From NCBI RefSeq assembly GCF_003918875.1, contig NW_025767413.1:2294001-2358000 (forward strand): a stretch of DNA of 64,000 nt, written 5' to 3'. The first letter of the stretch is position 1, and each line of letters opens with the position of its first letter. The notes under the pieces were generated by a model. The model searched no databases. It saw only the letters and a list, made by a program, of their open reading frames with translations, and was not told the DNA's origin. Both the position numbers and the translations under genes were made by a program. This document shows positions 62,177 through 64,000 of the stretch, one piece after another. This DNA comes from Haliotis rubra (lineage: Eukaryota).

Positions 62177-63486
62177 TTAATGACCCACAAAGGACGTACA
62201 CAATATTGAAAAAAAGAATAAAAAATATTTCCCTTCTATTCTTTCATAAATGGGAACATACACTAACGATATTGGTAATATTTCCGGGGCAGTTGCCTAA
62301 ATTCGATAGAATTGTTGTTGAAACCGATACATATATTCAGTTTAGTATGTATATTGTTGGCTTCAGTGACATGTAAATGACCCATGCTTACAATATTCAA
62401 TCACTACCTATAACTAAGGAAATAAACAGCATATCTACCAACGCCTATCTTCTATGCCAATATAATCCACGTCTGACCACGGCAATATAAAGTTACCTCC
62501 GTTCTATGTACAGTCAGGCCGTACTGGCGGGATAGATAAATAGACCCCATCAGTCTACTTGACATTGCCTGACAGCTTAATGAATCCACAGCTCGACGAG
62601 GTTATCACTGTGATCTTCCTCGCTCGGGGCGCAAGGGTAGGACATCATGGCCCTGACAGAGATTATGTAGCGTTGTACTCTGGTCACTGTCAACAGTCGG
62701 TTGTGTTGTGGATAAAACATGAAATACATGCACTTTGATCGCTCATGTTGGTCTTACATGTGTGATGATACAAGGCAGGTGCTCTCTGGGATGTAGGCAC
62801 ACGGAGGTAAGGCTTCACGATATGCCAGGTAGTCATCATGGCGAAGGTGTGTTTAGACATATTCTGTTTTATTAATGTTCTTAATAATTGTTTTTAATTG
62901 TTGTCATTTTGATATAGTCCTTGGTGTTAGTCCCAAAGATTTGTGTAATGGTTATGATTTACAAATAGTAATTAGCAGCACAAATCATTACTGGAGTGTT
63001 TTATTTGATAGGGATATGTTCCGCTTCCATTACATACTGAAATAAGGGTGAAAGCAAATGCCAATAGCACCGTGTTCAGTAAAACACCATATTTAGTTTA
63101 CTTAAACGTCGATTGATTTTTCAATAACGCAGGTATATTTCACTTTCTTATTCTTAATCTAGGGAACTTTCTTAACGCAACATAGATGCATACATATTGT
63201 GTCAACCTCTCAGCATGACGTAATCCTATTGCAATGTGTGCTATTCAAGTTTCTCGCATCCACCTCAGATAATGACACATCAGTGATACGGATATAGATA
63301 ACCCATTTCACAATCGCAACAGAGTACATTGCAAACAGTATACAACGAATCATCACTACACGGGGCAATACGCATACCTGTCTGTCACTCGTCCTTGTAG
63401 GCACTGTATTGCTTTACTAAATTACAATTCTGTTTACTGTGACCTTTAGAATGTGTATTCGATCTGGTGTACTATTAGCTATTATA

Positions 63487-63909
63487 TACCACCCATCAAA
63501 AGTTTAGACTCACTTAAAGCACTCACTGTAAGTTATGTATATATATGTGGTTACATCGAAGATTAATTTCTCCACGAACTTTGGGGAACCAACTGCAAAC
63601 CTTATGCAGATGAATTTCACGAGGATCATGCATCAAATTGCTGAAAAGCATGTGCAAATATCGTGCATGTGAACAGATGCGTTTTGGTGTAAAGTTTGGT
63701 TAAGAATTAGCCAATTTTCACTAAGTTTCATCATTATTGAAATGACAATAATCTTTTCAACGTTACGCATTTGTGTTAAAATACATCAGTTCATGTGTAA
63801 ACACTACATTTAAACAATATGGAATATTTTGCAAAATCTAGTTCAGAACAGTTGATTGAAGCAAGTGGCTACATTTACACTAGTGAGTCTAAACTTTTGG
63901 TGGGTAGTA
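63487..63909. mobile_element. Non-autonomous Tc1/mariner-type MITE (~420 bp)
   Basis: TA-flanked 28-bp TIRs taccacccatcaaaagtttagactcact / agtgagtctaaacttttggtgggtagta; no ORF. Confidence 0.88.
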
Positions 63910-64000
63910 TATTATAAATATACTTATATTGTATACGAAACTGTTATAGATATAGTGCAATCTTCCTTGACCGTTTGCATATTATTCCGTTTGCAAACTG

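Overview
Repeat-rich eukaryotic (animal) genomic DNA, most consistent with a gastropod mollusc such as abalone. That assignment is an inference from the V-SINE/RUDI-like SINE, the HINE-like element and the GPCR type. There is one intact host gene: a class A (rhodopsin-like) peptide-type GPCR with an intronless CDS at 5136-6548 (-), with an unusual NCIVY in place of NPxxY. Most of the rest is a transposon and tandem-repeat landscape: three SINE-type families that share a 3' tail with an I-group (Nimb-like) LINE remnant, two decayed Tc1 elements, a Tx1/L1-like ORF2, two R4/Dong-like RLE-LINE 3' fragments, a 5'-inverted LINE insertion, CWG-target palindromic MITEs, a HINE-like element, Penelope-type hammerhead remnants, about nine minisatellite arrays and a 228-nt N gap. 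The best candidate for a novel system is the abundant head-less short retroposon (family B). It lacks Pol III boxes, yet its copies start precisely at ACCCGTGAAG with a compact pseudoknotted 5' RNA module, possibly a self-cleaving or promoter-substituting RNA. Other highlights are a twin-priming-like inversion in a non-L1 LINE and a four-layer nested insertion inside a Tc1 transposase. Coordinates were read by eye and may be off by a few bases.
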